A stretch of DNA of 64,000 nt. It comes from an uncultured Acidobacteriota bacterium. Its GTDB lineage: Bacteria; Acidobacteriota; Blastocatellia; RBC074. This document shows positions 54,137 to 64,000 of this stretch, in pieces. The stretch's first letter is position 1, and every line of letters begins with the position of its first letter. Where the stretch lies: contig CAWCKY010000006.1 in the NCBI GenBank assembly GCA_963796275.1, positions 192,001-256,000 on the forward strand, in the 5' to 3' direction. The position numbers were made by a program, and so were the translations under genes. Below the pieces are notes generated by a model that was not told where the DNA came from, searched no databases, and saw only the letters and a list, made by a program, of their open reading frames with translations.

Positions 54137-54260
54137 TAATGGAGACATAGCGCGAAATCTGAGATGAGCAATACAGGCGGTATCTAAGCCATACACTATA
54201 TCTAATGTTTCCATACATCCGGCCTGGTTCAAGATGCATAGTTGAGTAATTGGACCACCA

Positions 54261-54276
54261 TGGCTCGCTGCTTGCT
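54261..54276 (+). promoter_or_regulatory. Putative sigma54 promoter for the epimerase-VKOR-SPW run
   Basis: TGGCTCgctgcTTGCT. Confidence 0.45.
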
Positions 54277-54407
54277 GTATTACCTATTTGAGCTCGAGTT
54301 TAACAACTTTCAGTCTTTAGGAGATTTCATTGTATTTAGCAAAATCAGCCTATTTTGCTGTTTCCACTGAGATCGACGAAAGAAAGAACTGAAGAGGAGC
54401 AGGTAAT

Positions 54408-55568
54408 ATGGAGACAGAAGCTGAAATCAAATCAAAGTCGCAAGATTTCCCGGTGGGGGGTGAAATAGAGTTCGCGGAAGCGGAGAAGCCGATCGTGCTG
54501 GTGATAGGCAGTGCGGGGCTGATCGGGGCGAAAATAGTTGCATCTTTCGCGCCATACTACCGGGTCATAGGTTTAGACGTGAAGCGTCCGAAGCAGGAAG
54601 TAACCGGCGCCGAGTGGATAGAGTGCGATGTGACCAAAGACCGCAGCGTTAAACAGGCGCTCGGCAAAGTACGAGACAAATACGGCGAGCGAATAGCGAG
54701 CGTAATCCACCTGGCCGCCTATTATGATTTCTTGGGAGCCCCCAGCCCGCTCTATCGCACGCTCACAGTCGAAGGCGCGCGGCGAGTGCTCAAGGGGCTG
54801 CAGATGTTTCAAGTCGAGCAGTTCATCTTTTCGAGCACGCTTTTGGTGATGAAGCCCGTCGAGGAAGAAGACGAAATCATCACCGAGCGATCTCCGGTCG
54901 AATCGGAGGAAGAGGCGTGGGACTACCCGCGTTCGAAGCTCGAAGCCGAGCGCGTCATCCGGGATGAGCGCGGCTCGATTCCGGCAGTGATCCTTCGCAT
55001 CGCGGGCGTCTATGACGAAGAATGTCATTCGATCCCGCTCGCACAACAGATCGGCCGTATCTACGAGAAGAGACTGGAAAGCTACTTCTTCCCGGGCGAC
55101 GCCGATCACGGCCAGGCGTTTGTGCATCTAGATGATCTGGTGAACCTATTTCAGCTGACCGTTGAGATGCGCTACGAGCTTGGTTCGCACGAGATCTTCT
55201 TGATCGCTGAACCGGAAGTGATGAGCTATGACGAACTGCAGGAGCAGATCGGCGAGTTGATTCACGGTGAGGAGTGGCCGGCGATCCGCATTCCTAAGGT
55301 CGTCGCCAAGGCTGGCGCGTGGGCGCAGGAGAATATCCTGGGTCAAGAGACGTTCATCAAACCGTGGATGGTGGATATGGCCGACACTCATTACCCGGTC
55401 GAAATCGAGCGGGCGCGGATCCGGCTCGGGTGGGAGCCGCAACACAAATTGCGCGACACGCTCAATAAGATGATAGGCAGTCTGAAGCGAGATCCCGAGC
55501 GATGGTATGAGATCAATGGATTGGCCAAGGGGAAAGGCAAGAAGAGAAAGAGCGCGAAGACGAGGTAG
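54408..55568 (+). CDS. NAD-dependent epimerase/dehydratase (extended SDR)
   Basis: GSAGLIG, IHLAAYY, FSST, YPRSK. Confidence 0.88.
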   Translation: METEAEIKSKSQDFPVGGEIEFAEAEKPIVLVIGSAGLIGAKIVASFAPYYRVIGLDVKRPKQEVTGAEWIECDVTKDRSVKQALGKVRDKYGERIASVIHLAAYYDFLGAPSPLYRTLTVEGARRVLKGLQMFQVEQFIFSSTLLVMKPVEEEDEIITERSPVESEEEAWDYPRSKLEAERVIRDERGSIPAVILRIAGVYDEECHSIPLAQQIGRIYEKRLESYFFPGDADHGQAFVHLDDLVNLFQLTVEMRYELGSHEIFLIAEPEVMSYDELQEQIGELIHGEEWPAIRIPKVVAKAGAWAQENILGQETFIKPWMVDMADTHYPVEIERARIRLGWEPQHKLRDTLNKMIGSLKRDPERWYEINGLAKGKGKKRKSAKTR

Positions 55569-55571
55569 AAG

Positions 55572-56237
55572 ATGAATCATTATGCAGGCATTTGGCCAGA
55601 TCTCGACGTCGCGGCTCCACCGTGGAGGCACAACCCGTCGTCATGGAGAGATCGTGTGCCGATCGCAATTCTCGCAGGCGTGGCTTTTCTCATTGCGACC
55701 TATATGGCGCTCTATCAGTGGCGGCTGATAGCCGACGTCTGGGATCCGATCTTCGGCGAGCAGACGAAGCGTGTGCTCGATTCCGATGTCTCGGAACGGA
55801 TGCGCCGCTGGATCGGTTTACCTGATGCGGCGCTGGGAGCGATCGCATATCTGGGCGATTTGATCTTCGGGCTGGCCGGGTCGACGCGTCGCTGGCAGTA
55901 CCGCCCGTGGATGGTCTTGCTCTTCGGGCTGGACGTGATTCCGCTCGGCCTAGTCAGCGTGGTGCTGGTCGTGCTGCAGGGCACAGCAGTAGGGGCATGG
56001 TGTTTTTTGTGTCTGGTGACGGCAGTGATTTCGATCGCTCTTATCGTGCTCTCGTATGATGAGGTCTGGTCGAGCATCTTGTATCTGCGTCGCGTATGGC
56101 AGCGAACGCGCAAGTTAAGCGTCGTGTGGAATACATTCTGGGGCAGGCCATCCCGTGCGGCTGAGGACGCGGCGCTCGCCTCGGTTACTCCCGCTGTGAT
56201 CTCCTCCATGCATAGAGGAATTGAGGGGAAAGCGTAA
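55572..56237 (+). CDS. Vitamin K epoxide reductase (VKOR)-family membrane protein
   Basis: VLDSDVS...[13 protein letters not shown] (CxxC) in a TM segment. Confidence 0.82.
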   Translation: MNHYAGIWPDLDVAAPPWRHNPSSWRDRVPIAILAGVAFLIATYMALYQWRLIADVWDPIFGEQTKRVLDSDVSERMRRWIGLPDAALGAIAYLGDLIFGLAGSTRRWQYRPWMVLLFGLDVIPLGLVSVVLVVLQGTAVGAWCFLCLVTAVISIALIVLSYDEVWSSILYLRRVWQRTRKLSVVWNTFWGRPSRAAEDAALASVTPAVISSMHRGIEGKA

Positions 56238-56656
56238 TGTGGGCCCGAGTCATTGAAGTGATGCTCGGGTTCTGGCTTTCCGTCAGCCCGTTCATCTTCC
56301 GCCATCCGGCGGATGAGCGGGCTCTATGGGTTAACGACTTGTTTTGCGCCATCGCCATCGTCACGCTCGCATTGCTGTCATATTGGCAGCGAATGCGCCA
56401 CGCACATTTGGCGATCGCGGCGGTTGCCATATGGCTTATGGGGTTCGGCTATTTCGGATCACCGCACCCGCTGCCGCCCGCGCTGCAAAACGATCTGCTG
56501 ATAGGCATGCTGCTCTTGATGTTCGCCATCATCCCGAATAGAGCAAGCCTGCCGCCGAAGTCATGGCTGGATCGTATGCAGGAGATCGACGTGGGTACGC
56601 GCCGGGGTGGTGGGCTAACGAAGCACAAGAAAAGAGAAGGAGTTGATACTGAATGA
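56237..56656 (+). CDS. SPW-repeat membrane protein
   Basis: LGFWLSVSPFIF...ND pattern, four TM segments; start overlaps VKOR stop. Confidence 0.7.
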   Translation: MWARVIEVMLGFWLSVSPFIFRHPADERALWVNDLFCAIAIVTLALLSYWQRMRHAHLAIAAVAIWLMGFGYFGSPHPLPPALQNDLLIGMLLLMFAIIPNRASLPPKSWLDRMQEIDVGTRRGGGLTKHKKREGVDTE

Positions 56657-56908
56657 TTAGCTTATTGCGCTGCATATCATTCTTGGTCCTCATGGTCACA
56701 GCTCAACTAGGTGTGCGATGCGATCGGCGGCAACCGATCCCGAAAGGAGAGCACGCTCCGCTTGCGGCTCAAGGCTTTCGCGTCACGATCTATGCCGACG
56801 TTGCCGATGATGCCGGAAACACTATCTGACGCGTGGAAGAAAGTAGCGCTGCAAAAGCGCAGGGGCGATGAAAGTCGATACTGAGAGCACGGAAAAGGGT
56901 GGCCGCTC

Positions 56909-58282
56909 ATGTCAGAAAAGACAGCGGATGTGCTTGTGGTTGGTGCCGGTGCGGCGGGACTTGCTGCCGGGCGCGACCTCGGGGCCGCGGGACTGAAAGT
57001 CTGTGTGATTGAGGCGCGTGATCGCATCGGCGGGCGAATCCACACACTGCATGACAGCTCAGTTGAAATACCCATCGAGTTGGGAGCCGAGTTCATTCAT
57101 GGCCGGCCGAACGAAATTTGGGAGATAGTTCACAAGGCAGAGTTGAGAACCAGCCAAGTGGCGGGTGAGAACTGGTTTGCAGAAGGCGGACGTCTCACGC
57201 CGTGCGTCGATCCAGGGATGAAGGATATCCAAGGGAAGGGAATCATCCGGCAGATTGATCGCTCCGCTTCTCCTGATCTCTCGTTTCGTGAGTTCATCGA
57301 AACGCATTTCCAGAGCGCAGCTTTCGAACGGGAGCGCGCAGCGGCCACGCGGTACGTCGAAGGCTTTCACGCCGCACGCACGGAGCTTATCAGCGCGCGG
57401 GCGCTCGCCAGGAGTGAAGACGCCGCTCGGAAAATCTCAGGTGATGTAGCCTCCCGTCTGCGCGATGGCTACGATAGCATCATCGAACGATTGCGGTTTG
57501 AGATGGGAGTGAACGGGGTGACGCTCCGGTTGGGCGCCGCCGCTGAGACCATCGAATGGGGCGCGGGTCATGTCGAGGTCAGAGCTTTCAGGCGAGTAGA
57601 TTCATCAGAGGAAATTTTCAGCGCGCGGCGTGCCGTCATCACGCTGCCGTTGGGAGTGCTGCAAGCGCCGCCTCACGCCGAGGGCAGCATCAGATTCCGC
57701 CCCGCGCTCGCGAGTAAGAAGGAAGCGATGTGCCATCTTGTGATGGGAGCGGCGGTGAGAGTGATACTGAGATTTCGTGAGCGATGGTGGGAAGATGGCC
57801 GACAGGTTATAGCTCTCAAGCCGACCGACGCAGATCTTGCGAAAATGAGCTTCCTTTTTTCCGCTGACGAGTGGATGCCCGTGTGGTGGACTCAGCTTCC
57901 GGTTCGTGCGCCGATCCTGGTCGGTTGGGTGGGAGGACCCGTGGCGGAGCAATTCACACTACAACCTGAGAGCTTCGTTTTGAATCATGCGTTGGACGCG
58001 CTCGCACAATTGTTTGGAATTGAGCGAAAGAGCATCGAGCGATTACTTGAAGCTCAGTACGTGCACGACTGGCAGTCCGATCCTTATGCGCGCGGCAGCT
58101 ATTCTTACGTCACAGTGGATGGGCTCAGTGCGCAGAAAGAACTGGCACGTCCCGTTGAAGGTACGTTGTTTTTCGCTGGCGAAGCGACTAACAGTGACGG
58201 GCATAACGGCACTGTCCATGGGGCCATTGCCACTGGCAGGCGTGCGGCCTTAGAAGTGCTTGAAAGTTTACGGCGGGGGTGA
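56909..58282 (+). CDS. Flavin monoamine oxidase-family FAD oxidoreductase
   Basis: GAGAAG, EARDRIGGR, ELGAEFIHG, WQSDPYARGSYS, FAGEAT, GTVHGA. Confidence 0.9.
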   Translation: MSEKTADVLVVGAGAAGLAAGRDLGAAGLKVCVIEARDRIGGRIHTLHDSSVEIPIELGAEFIHGRPNEIWEIVHKAELRTSQVAGENWFAEGGRLTPCVDPGMKDIQGKGIIRQIDRSASPDLSFREFIETHFQSAAFERERAAATRYVEGFHAARTELISARALARSEDAARKISGDVASRLRDGYDSIIERLRFEMGVNGVTLRLGAAAETIEWGAGHVEVRAFRRVDSSEEIFSARRAVITLPLGVLQAPPHAEGSIRFRPALASKKEAMCHLVMGAAVRVILRFRERWWEDGRQVIALKPTDADLAKMSFLFSADEWMPVWWTQLPVRAPILVGWVGGPVAEQFTLQPESFVLNHALDALAQLFGIERKSIERLLEAQYVHDWQSDPYARGSYSYVTVDGLSAQKELARPVEGTLFFAGEATNSDGHNGTVHGAIATGRRAALEVLESLRRG

Positions 58283-58342
58283 GTCTTGTCCTGAGATTCG
58301 CGATCCCGCGACCTCGACGACTAGTTCAGATCCCGGGAAATC

Positions 58343-60745
58343 TCATTCGTGTCGCAGTGCCGTGATCGGATCTACCTTCATCGCGCGCCGGGCAGGCAGA
58401 TAGCTCGCCGTCAGCGCCACGCCCGCAAAAAACAGCGCGATCAATACGAAAATGAGAGGGTCGGCGGCGCTCACGCCGTAAAGCAGGCTTGAAAGAAAAC
58501 GTGTCAGTGCGAGCGCGAGCGTCAGGCCTGCTGCGACGCCGATCATTGTCAGCCTCAGCCCTTGTCCCAGGACGAGTTTGAGCAGATCGCGTCTCTGCGC
58601 GCCGAGCGCCAGGCGTATGCCCATCTCGCGCGTGCGCTGCGCGACCAGATAAGAGATCACGCCGTAAATTCCCATCGCCGCCAGGAGCAGCGCGACTGCT
58701 CCCAACACTCCCATCAGCAACGCAAGGACGCGCCGTGATATGGCTGTACGATTGACCATCTCTTCCAGCGTCCTTAAGTTTATCGCCGCCCGGTTGTCCA
58801 ATCTTTGGATGGTTTCGCGCACAGCGGCGGCCCATTGAGCCGGATTTCCGCTGGTACGAACGATCAGTGTCATCGAGCCGCGGCGCATCGGCAGATAGAT
58901 TTCAGGGCGCGGTTCGGTGGCCAGTCCGAACTGCTTCACGTCACCGGCGAGGCCGACCACGACCAGAGGTCCGCGCGGCAGATTGTCGTCCTGCAATAGA
59001 ATCTGTTTGCCCATCGGATCTTCATTGGGCCAGAACTTTTTCGCGAACGCGTTATTGATGATCGCCACTTCTGGTTGCGGCTTCATTTCGGCCTCGGTGA
59101 ATGGTCGCCCGTGCAGGAGCGGAATGCCGATGACTTGCAAGTAATCGGGCGTAATGGGCTGGATGTCTGCTCTGTACGATGCTGACGAGCGCCCGACGAT
59201 CGTAAAATCCACGCCGGGGTTATAGCCGACCATCGGCGGATAGGCCACGCCCCCCACCGATTCGACTCCGGGCAAAGCGCGAATCCGCCTGATGGCTTCG
59301 TCGAAATATGAGGCACGAGTTTGGTATTCGGGGCGCCCATCATTGTTGGATGGCGGAAACGAGATCGTGACCGCGCCCGCGTGTTTGGGATCGAAGCCAG
59401 GTGACTCATTCGCCAGATTGAGAACAGTGCGAATCATCAATCCGGAGCCGGTGAGCAGCGCCACCGCCAGCGCGACCTCAGCCGCAACCAGGATTCCGCT
59501 CAACCGCCTGGGGCGCGGATCGGCGCCGGCGCCGCGTGTTTTGAGACATTCGTTCAAATCCTGCCGCGCCGCCATGAGCGCCGGGCCGAGTCCGAATGCG
59601 AGACTCATCAACAACGATACGAACAGAGTAATCAGCAGCACAGGCGCGTTGATTTCGATTTCTCCCGCGCCGGGCAGCCTAATATCCCGCTCGAGGCGCA
59701 GCGCGCTCATTCCCCATGACGCGAGCAATATTCCGAACAGACTGCCGAGCATGCCGAGCGTCAGGCTTTCCACCAGCAGTTGTCGCGCGAGCCGGCCCCG
59801 GCCCGCGCCGAGCGCCATACGGATGGTGTATTCCTGGCGCCGCGTCGCATTGCGCGCCAGCAGGAGGTTGGCCAGATTCACGCTCGCTATCAGCAGCACG
59901 AATAGAACGGCGAATTGCAGCGCGAGTATCGGCGTTCGATATTTGGTAAGACTGCGGACCGTATCGCGCAGACGCGCCACCTTTACGGTCAATTCGGGCT
60001 GTCCCGCGGGCTTCTCGCGCCATGCGGCCCGCGCGAGCGCGGCCATCTCCTTCGTCGCCGCTTCCGGGCTCACACCCGGCTTGAGCGTGCCGATGATCTG
60101 GTAATGATTCGCCGTCGCATCCTGAAGCACTCCGGGTTCCTCCTCGGATTCGAGCGGCGTCCAGAAGACGGAACGGAAGGGATAGAGGAAAGACGGCGGC
60201 ATTACGCCAACGACTGTGTAGCTTCGATTGTCGAGTTTAATTGTTCGACCGATCACGCCCGCATCCGCGCCGAAGCGTTCCTGCCATAGTTTGTCGCTGA
60301 GAAGGACGACTTTGCCGGCGCCGGGGCGAAACTCTTCCGCGAGAAAGACGCGGCCCAGTTGCGCGCTTCCGCCGAGCAGCGGAAAGAACTCCGTGGAGAC
60401 GCGGCTGCCGACCACGCGCTCGACATTATCGCCGGCGGTCAGATGGACGTATATCCCACTCGAGGCGGCCATCCGCTCGAACGCGGCGTTCTGTTCTTTC
60501 CAGGCTGTGAAGTCGGGATACGAAATTCCGAACTCTGACTCCTCCCGGTTCACTTGCGATACCACCGCCATTCTTTCCGCATTCGGATATGGCAACGGCT
60601 GAAACAGCATCCAGTAAACGCCGCTGAAGATCACGGTGTTCCCTCCTATGCTGAGCGCCAGCGTAATGACGGCGATCAATGTGAAACCGGGCCTCTTCAG
60701 TAATATCCTTGCGCCGAAGCGCAGGTCTTGCCAGAGTATTTGCAT
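58343..60745 (-). CDS. ADOP-type duplicated ABC permease
   Basis: WQDLRFGAR, LLIASVNLANLLLAR, QRTREMGIRLALGA, PARRAMKVDP..ALRHE. Confidence 0.92.
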   Translation of the reverse strand: MQILWQDLRFGARILLKRPGFTLIAVITLALSIGGNTVIFSGVYWMLFQPLPYPNAERMAVVSQVNREESEFGISYPDFTAWKEQNAAFERMAASSGIYVHLTAGDNVERVVGSRVSTEFFPLLGGSAQLGRVFLAEEFRPGAGKVVLLSDKLWQERFGADAGVIGRTIKLDNRSYTVVGVMPPSFLYPFRSVFWTPLESEEEPGVLQDATANHYQIIGTLKPGVSPEAATKEMAALARAAWREKPAGQPELTVKVARLRDTVRSLTKYRTPILALQFAVLFVLLIASVNLANLLLARNATRRQEYTIRMALGAGRGRLARQLLVESLTLGMLGSLFGILLASWGMSALRLERDIRLPGAGEIEINAPVLLITLFVSLLMSLAFGLGPALMAARQDLNECLKTRGAGADPRPRRLSGILVAAEVALAVALLTGSGLMIRTVLNLANESPGFDPKHAGAVTISFPPSNNDGRPEYQTRASYFDEAIRRIRALPGVESVGGVAYPPMVGYNPGVDFTIVGRSSASYRADIQPITPDYLQVIGIPLLHGRPFTEAEMKPQPEVAIINNAFAKKFWPNEDPMGKQILLQDDNLPRGPLVVVGLAGDVKQFGLATEPRPEIYLPMRRGSMTLIVRTSGNPAQWAAAVRETIQRLDNRAAINLRTLEEMVNRTAISRRVLALLMGVLGAVALLLAAMGIYGVISYLVAQRTREMGIRLALGAQRRDLLKLVLGQGLRLTMIGVAAGLTLALALTRFLSSLLYGVSAADPLIFVLIALFFAGVALTASYLPARRAMKVDPITALRHE

Positions 60746-60903
60746 AAATTCTCCCTCAATTATCAAATACGTGTGGTGGGAATTTTTTGTTGAAGACTCT
60801 CAGCCACTATCCCGTTAAAGACATCGTTCCCATTACCTGCGGATTCGAGAGAGCGCAAACCATCCCGATCCACAATATATTGTGTTGCCGTGTTGAGTCG
60901 GAC

Positions 60904-63585
60904 TCATTCGCATTTCAGCGCGATCATCGGATCTATCTTCGTCGCCCGCCGAGCAGGCAGAAAACTCGCCAGCAGCGCGACCAGCAACAGGAGCACCGGC
61001 ATTCCGACGAACGTCATCGGATCAACGGCGCTCACGCCGTAAAGCAGATTCGTGACCATCCGCGTCATAATCAACCCGCCTGTGATGCCGATCGTCGTGC
61101 CAGCGGCGACCAGCGTCAGTGTCTGGCTGAGCACCAGCCGAAGCACATCCGACGGGCGGGCGCCGAGCGCCAGGCGGATGCCGAATTCGGATGTGCGCTG
61201 GCTGACCGAGAACGCGAGCACGCCGTAAATACCGACCGACGCCAGGACCAATGCCAGGACGCCAAAAACGGACAACAGCGCAGCGCCCATTTGCGCGCTC
61301 CACAATTCTTCTCCAATCAATTGAGAAATCGTCGCCGACCTCATCAATGGCATCGTGCGATCCAGCGACTGGACTTCGCGCCGCACAGTGGCGAGCAATT
61401 CGCTCGGATCACCCGCCGTGCGCACGTGCAGCGTAACCCAAGATGGAAATTCCTGCAGCAGCGACAGGTACACCACCGGAGGCGGAACTTCGCCGATGTG
61501 TAGCGCCGTGCTGTCTTTGACCACGCCGATGACCTCCTGCGAAACGTCGTTCCCGAAGAACCGGAACCGCTTCCCGAGGGCGTCTTGATTCGGCCAGAAG
61601 CGGTTCGCCATCGCCTCGTTGATGACGACGACCGGCGGTGCTTTCTCGCGATCGGCTGTCGTAAAATTGCGGCCGCGCACTAGGGGAATACCCATCGTCT
61701 CGAAATACTTCGGGTCGACTATGCCATGGATCGTCAGAATGCCACGCCCGCCGCCCGACGGCTCCTGCCCCTCGACGAACACGGTGCGCACAAATCCCAA
61801 GGCAAAAGGGCGGGCCGAAGCAATCGCCGCCGAAATCACGCCCGGAATCTCCTCGACCTTCTCGACCACGCCGCGGTAATGCTCCATCCCACGTGCCTTG
61901 TCGTATCCCTGCACGCCCACGTCAAACGAAAGCACCAACAGCTTTTCAGTTTCAATGCCAGGATTAATCCGCCGCGCATTGCTGAGGCTGTGCAGAAACA
62001 ACCCCGCGCAGATCAGCGCGACGAGCGAGAGCGCCACCTGCCCGACGACAAGCAGATTACGCAGACTAAACCAGCGTTGACCACCTACCGCCTGGCCGCC
62101 CTTTTCCTTCAATTCAGTGATGAGTTCGACGCGTGACCCCTGAAGCGCGGGCGCAAGACCGAAGATGACCCCCGTCAGCAGCGAGAGGAGCAGCGTGTAG
62201 CCGAGCACGCGCGGATCAATGCTCAGATTGAGATCGCCGGCACCGATCCAAGGCGGCCTGAACGCCCACAACAGATCGCGGCCGGCAACCGCCAGCAACA
62301 ACCCGACGCCGCTGCCGGCCAGCGCCAACATCAAACTCTCCGTCAGCAGTTGCCGGATCAGCCTCGCGCGACTTGCGCCGATCGCGATTCGCAGGGATAT
62401 CTCTTTTCTTCGCGCCGCCGCCCGGGCGAGCAGCAGGTTCGCAACATTGGCGCAAGCAATCAACAGCACCAGACCGACAACTGCAAACAAGAACCCGCTC
62501 ACTCTCAGGTATACTGATCGCTGCTGCGGCGGAGACTGATTCAAGGGGATCAGCGTGACGTTGCGCTTATCATTGTCCTTCGGATAGTCCTGTTCGAGCC
62601 GGCGGCCAATGGCCCGCATAGCGGTTTCGGCTTGTTGCTCTGTGACGCCGGATTTGAGACGGCCAATTACGGCGAGAGTCAGTGCTCGCCGGCTGTTGAA
62701 CCCCTCCCGGTAAACTCCGTCGAGAACTTGATCGTGCATCATCATGGGCACCCAGTAATCCACTCCGCCGATCACATCCGTTCCTTTGAATCCATCCGCC
62801 GCGACGCCCACTACGGTGTATTCAAGCCCATTGAGTTTGATCGCCCGACCGACAATCGCCGGATCGCCGCCAAAGCGGCGCTGCCACGCGCCGTAACTGA
62901 GCACGATGACCGGATGCGTCCCCGGCGTACGGTCTTCTTCCGGCAGAAACGTGCGCCCGATCGCGGCCTTGACGCCGAGCAGATCGAAATAGTTTCCCGT
63001 GACGATCATCCCGTAGATCCACTGTGGTTCGCCACCGCCCGAGAAATTCAAGCTTGCGTACTGAAAGGCGATCATTCCCGTAAAGACATCGTTCTGATCA
63101 CGGTAGTCTTTGAAGTTCGGCCATGAGATCGTACTGAAGTCGATCTGGGAGTTCTTTTCATCCATGCCGAAGACCGACATCAGCCGCGCCGGGTCCGCCA
63201 CCGGAAGCGGCTGCAAAAAAAGCGCATTGAAGAGCGTGAAAATCGCCGTATTCGCGCCGATACCCAACGCCAGCGTCAGGACGACAATCAAGGTGAAGTC
63301 TGGTTTCTTCCATAACATTCGGAGGCCAAACCTCACATCCTGAATAAGAGTCTCGATGAATCTTATTCCACGCATCTCGCGATGCGCCTCCTTGAGCAGT
63401 GTAGCATTGCCAAACTGGCGCCGGGCGGCTGAAGCCGCCTCATCTTGCGTCATACCCTGTCTTACATATTGCTCGATTAGTAATTCGAGGTGAGACTGTA
63501 TCTCATCATCGAACTCCCGATCGATTTTTCGATCTCCGAATAATCCCTGAAGTCTCGCCCAGAGGGCGCGCAAATGATGGATCAT
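60904..63585 (-). CDS. ADOP-type duplicated ABC permease with N-terminal prefix domain
   Basis: EFDDEIQSHLE...AARRQFGN prefix; LLIACANVANLLLAR; PARRATKIDP. Confidence 0.93.
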   Translation of the reverse strand: MIHHLRALWARLQGLFGDRKIDREFDDEIQSHLELLIEQYVRQGMTQDEAASAARRQFGNATLLKEAHREMRGIRFIETLIQDVRFGLRMLWKKPDFTLIVVLTLALGIGANTAIFTLFNALFLQPLPVADPARLMSVFGMDEKNSQIDFSTISWPNFKDYRDQNDVFTGMIAFQYASLNFSGGGEPQWIYGMIVTGNYFDLLGVKAAIGRTFLPEEDRTPGTHPVIVLSYGAWQRRFGGDPAIVGRAIKLNGLEYTVVGVAADGFKGTDVIGGVDYWVPMMMHDQVLDGVYREGFNSRRALTLAVIGRLKSGVTEQQAETAMRAIGRRLEQDYPKDNDKRNVTLIPLNQSPPQQRSVYLRVSGFLFAVVGLVLLIACANVANLLLARAAARRKEISLRIAIGASRARLIRQLLTESLMLALAGSGVGLLLAVAGRDLLWAFRPPWIGAGDLNLSIDPRVLGYTLLLSLLTGVIFGLAPALQGSRVELITELKEKGGQAVGGQRWFSLRNLLVVGQVALSLVALICAGLFLHSLSNARRINPGIETEKLLVLSFDVGVQGYDKARGMEHYRGVVEKVEEIPGVISAAIASARPFALGFVRTVFVEGQEPSGGGRGILTIHGIVDPKYFETMGIPLVRGRNFTTADREKAPPVVVINEAMANRFWPNQDALGKRFRFFGNDVSQEVIGVVKDSTALHIGEVPPPVVYLSLLQEFPSWVTLHVRTAGDPSELLATVRREVQSLDRTMPLMRSATISQLIGEELWSAQMGAALLSVFGVLALVLASVGIYGVLAFSVSQRTSEFGIRLALGARPSDVLRLVLSQTLTLVAAGTTIGITGGLIMTRMVTNLLYGVSAVDPMTFVGMPVLLLLVALLASFLPARRATKIDPMIALKCE

Positions 63586-63937
63586 CTATACTCCTCGCCT
63601 TCCAGCCTCAACAGGCGCAATGATCACTTCGGCGATCCGCTCCCGATTCTCCGTCTCTATCGCGAGATGTTTTCGGCCGCTCTCTATGGTGATCGAATAG
63701 AATTTCGCCTTGCGATTGTTTACGACGTCCACCGGTCTGAAGCGATCAATCCCCGAGCCGCAAGAGCGAAATGCAAACCGTTCCTTCATTCAATTGCATT
63801 CAATTGCACAACCTGCTCGCTCCACTGTCCGATCCGACGGCCGTACTGCGCCCCTAGCGCATCGAGGACTTTCAGCACCATCAGGTCGAGCGTACATTGG
63901 AGGACTTCCGATTTCTCGGTATTTTCCCTTTGGACAT
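63586..63937 (-). pseudogene. Degraded PadR-family regulator (acidobacterial type)
   Basis: EVLQCTLDLMVLKVL...RRIGQWSEQVVQLN* and NNRKAKFYSIT..GRKHL in different frames, directly upstream of an ADOP gene. Confidence 0.8.
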
Positions 63938-64000
63938 GCAAGGGAAGATACCCTTCCCTCATTGGAATGTCCATAGGTGGATGGCGGAAGGCTGTCACTC

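Noticed and set aside
55572-56237. VKOR plus the HTTM-like gene as a cluster-linked vitamin K cycle
   Set aside because: More than 40 kb apart, beyond the boundary scar, and the VKOR sits in its own epimerase-SPW cassette; no supporting linkage
3300-63343. Numerous 60-280 aa antisense or alternate-frame ORFs over long genes (e.g. 3300-4100, 16684-17469, 18047-18886, 52629-53201, 59292-60104)
   Set aside because: Shadow ORFs expected in GC-rich coding DNA; no recognisable motifs
1-64000. rRNA or tRNA genes
   Set aside because: No cloverleaf or rRNA-like conserved sequence noticed by eye in the intergenic regions; a tRNAscan/Infernal run would be decisive

Overview
Bacterial DNA, most likely Acidobacteriota (paired ADOP-type permeases plus an acidobacterial PadR remnant at the right end; an inference, not a placement). 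Bases 1-43.9 kb are the 3' part of a large NRPS gene cluster that begins upstream of the window. Order: [T-C] / I-A(Asp)-T-E / C-Fe(II)/2OG hydroxylase / I-A-T-C-A-T-C-A-T / C-A(Val)-T / C-C*-A' // DUF3326 // 'A-T-E. Accessory genes: MbtH fusion, type II TE, MFS, a split MacAB-like exporter, an HTTM-like membrane pair, an Ig/cohesin surface protein, and nested REP/MITE-like palindromes between genes. Most striking feature: the last adenylation domain is cut between core motifs A1 and A2 by a translationally coupled DUF3326 gene. That A domain and one paralogue share an unusual His-His pocket code (DFFHHGG[V/I]NK), and the module has a tandem C-C* pair and ends in a degenerate E domain with no TE. 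Four single-base frameshifts all lie in or beside an RGATCY site and may be sequencing artefacts. Bases 44-64 kb hold pseudogene debris, a stress/DNA-repair block (SSADH, site-2 protease, ligase-less LigD, ATP-dependent ligase, PEBP, epimerase-VKOR-SPW, amine oxidase) with four sigma54-like promoters, and two ADOP permeases. All domain calls and specificity codes were read by eye from motifs; no searches were run.
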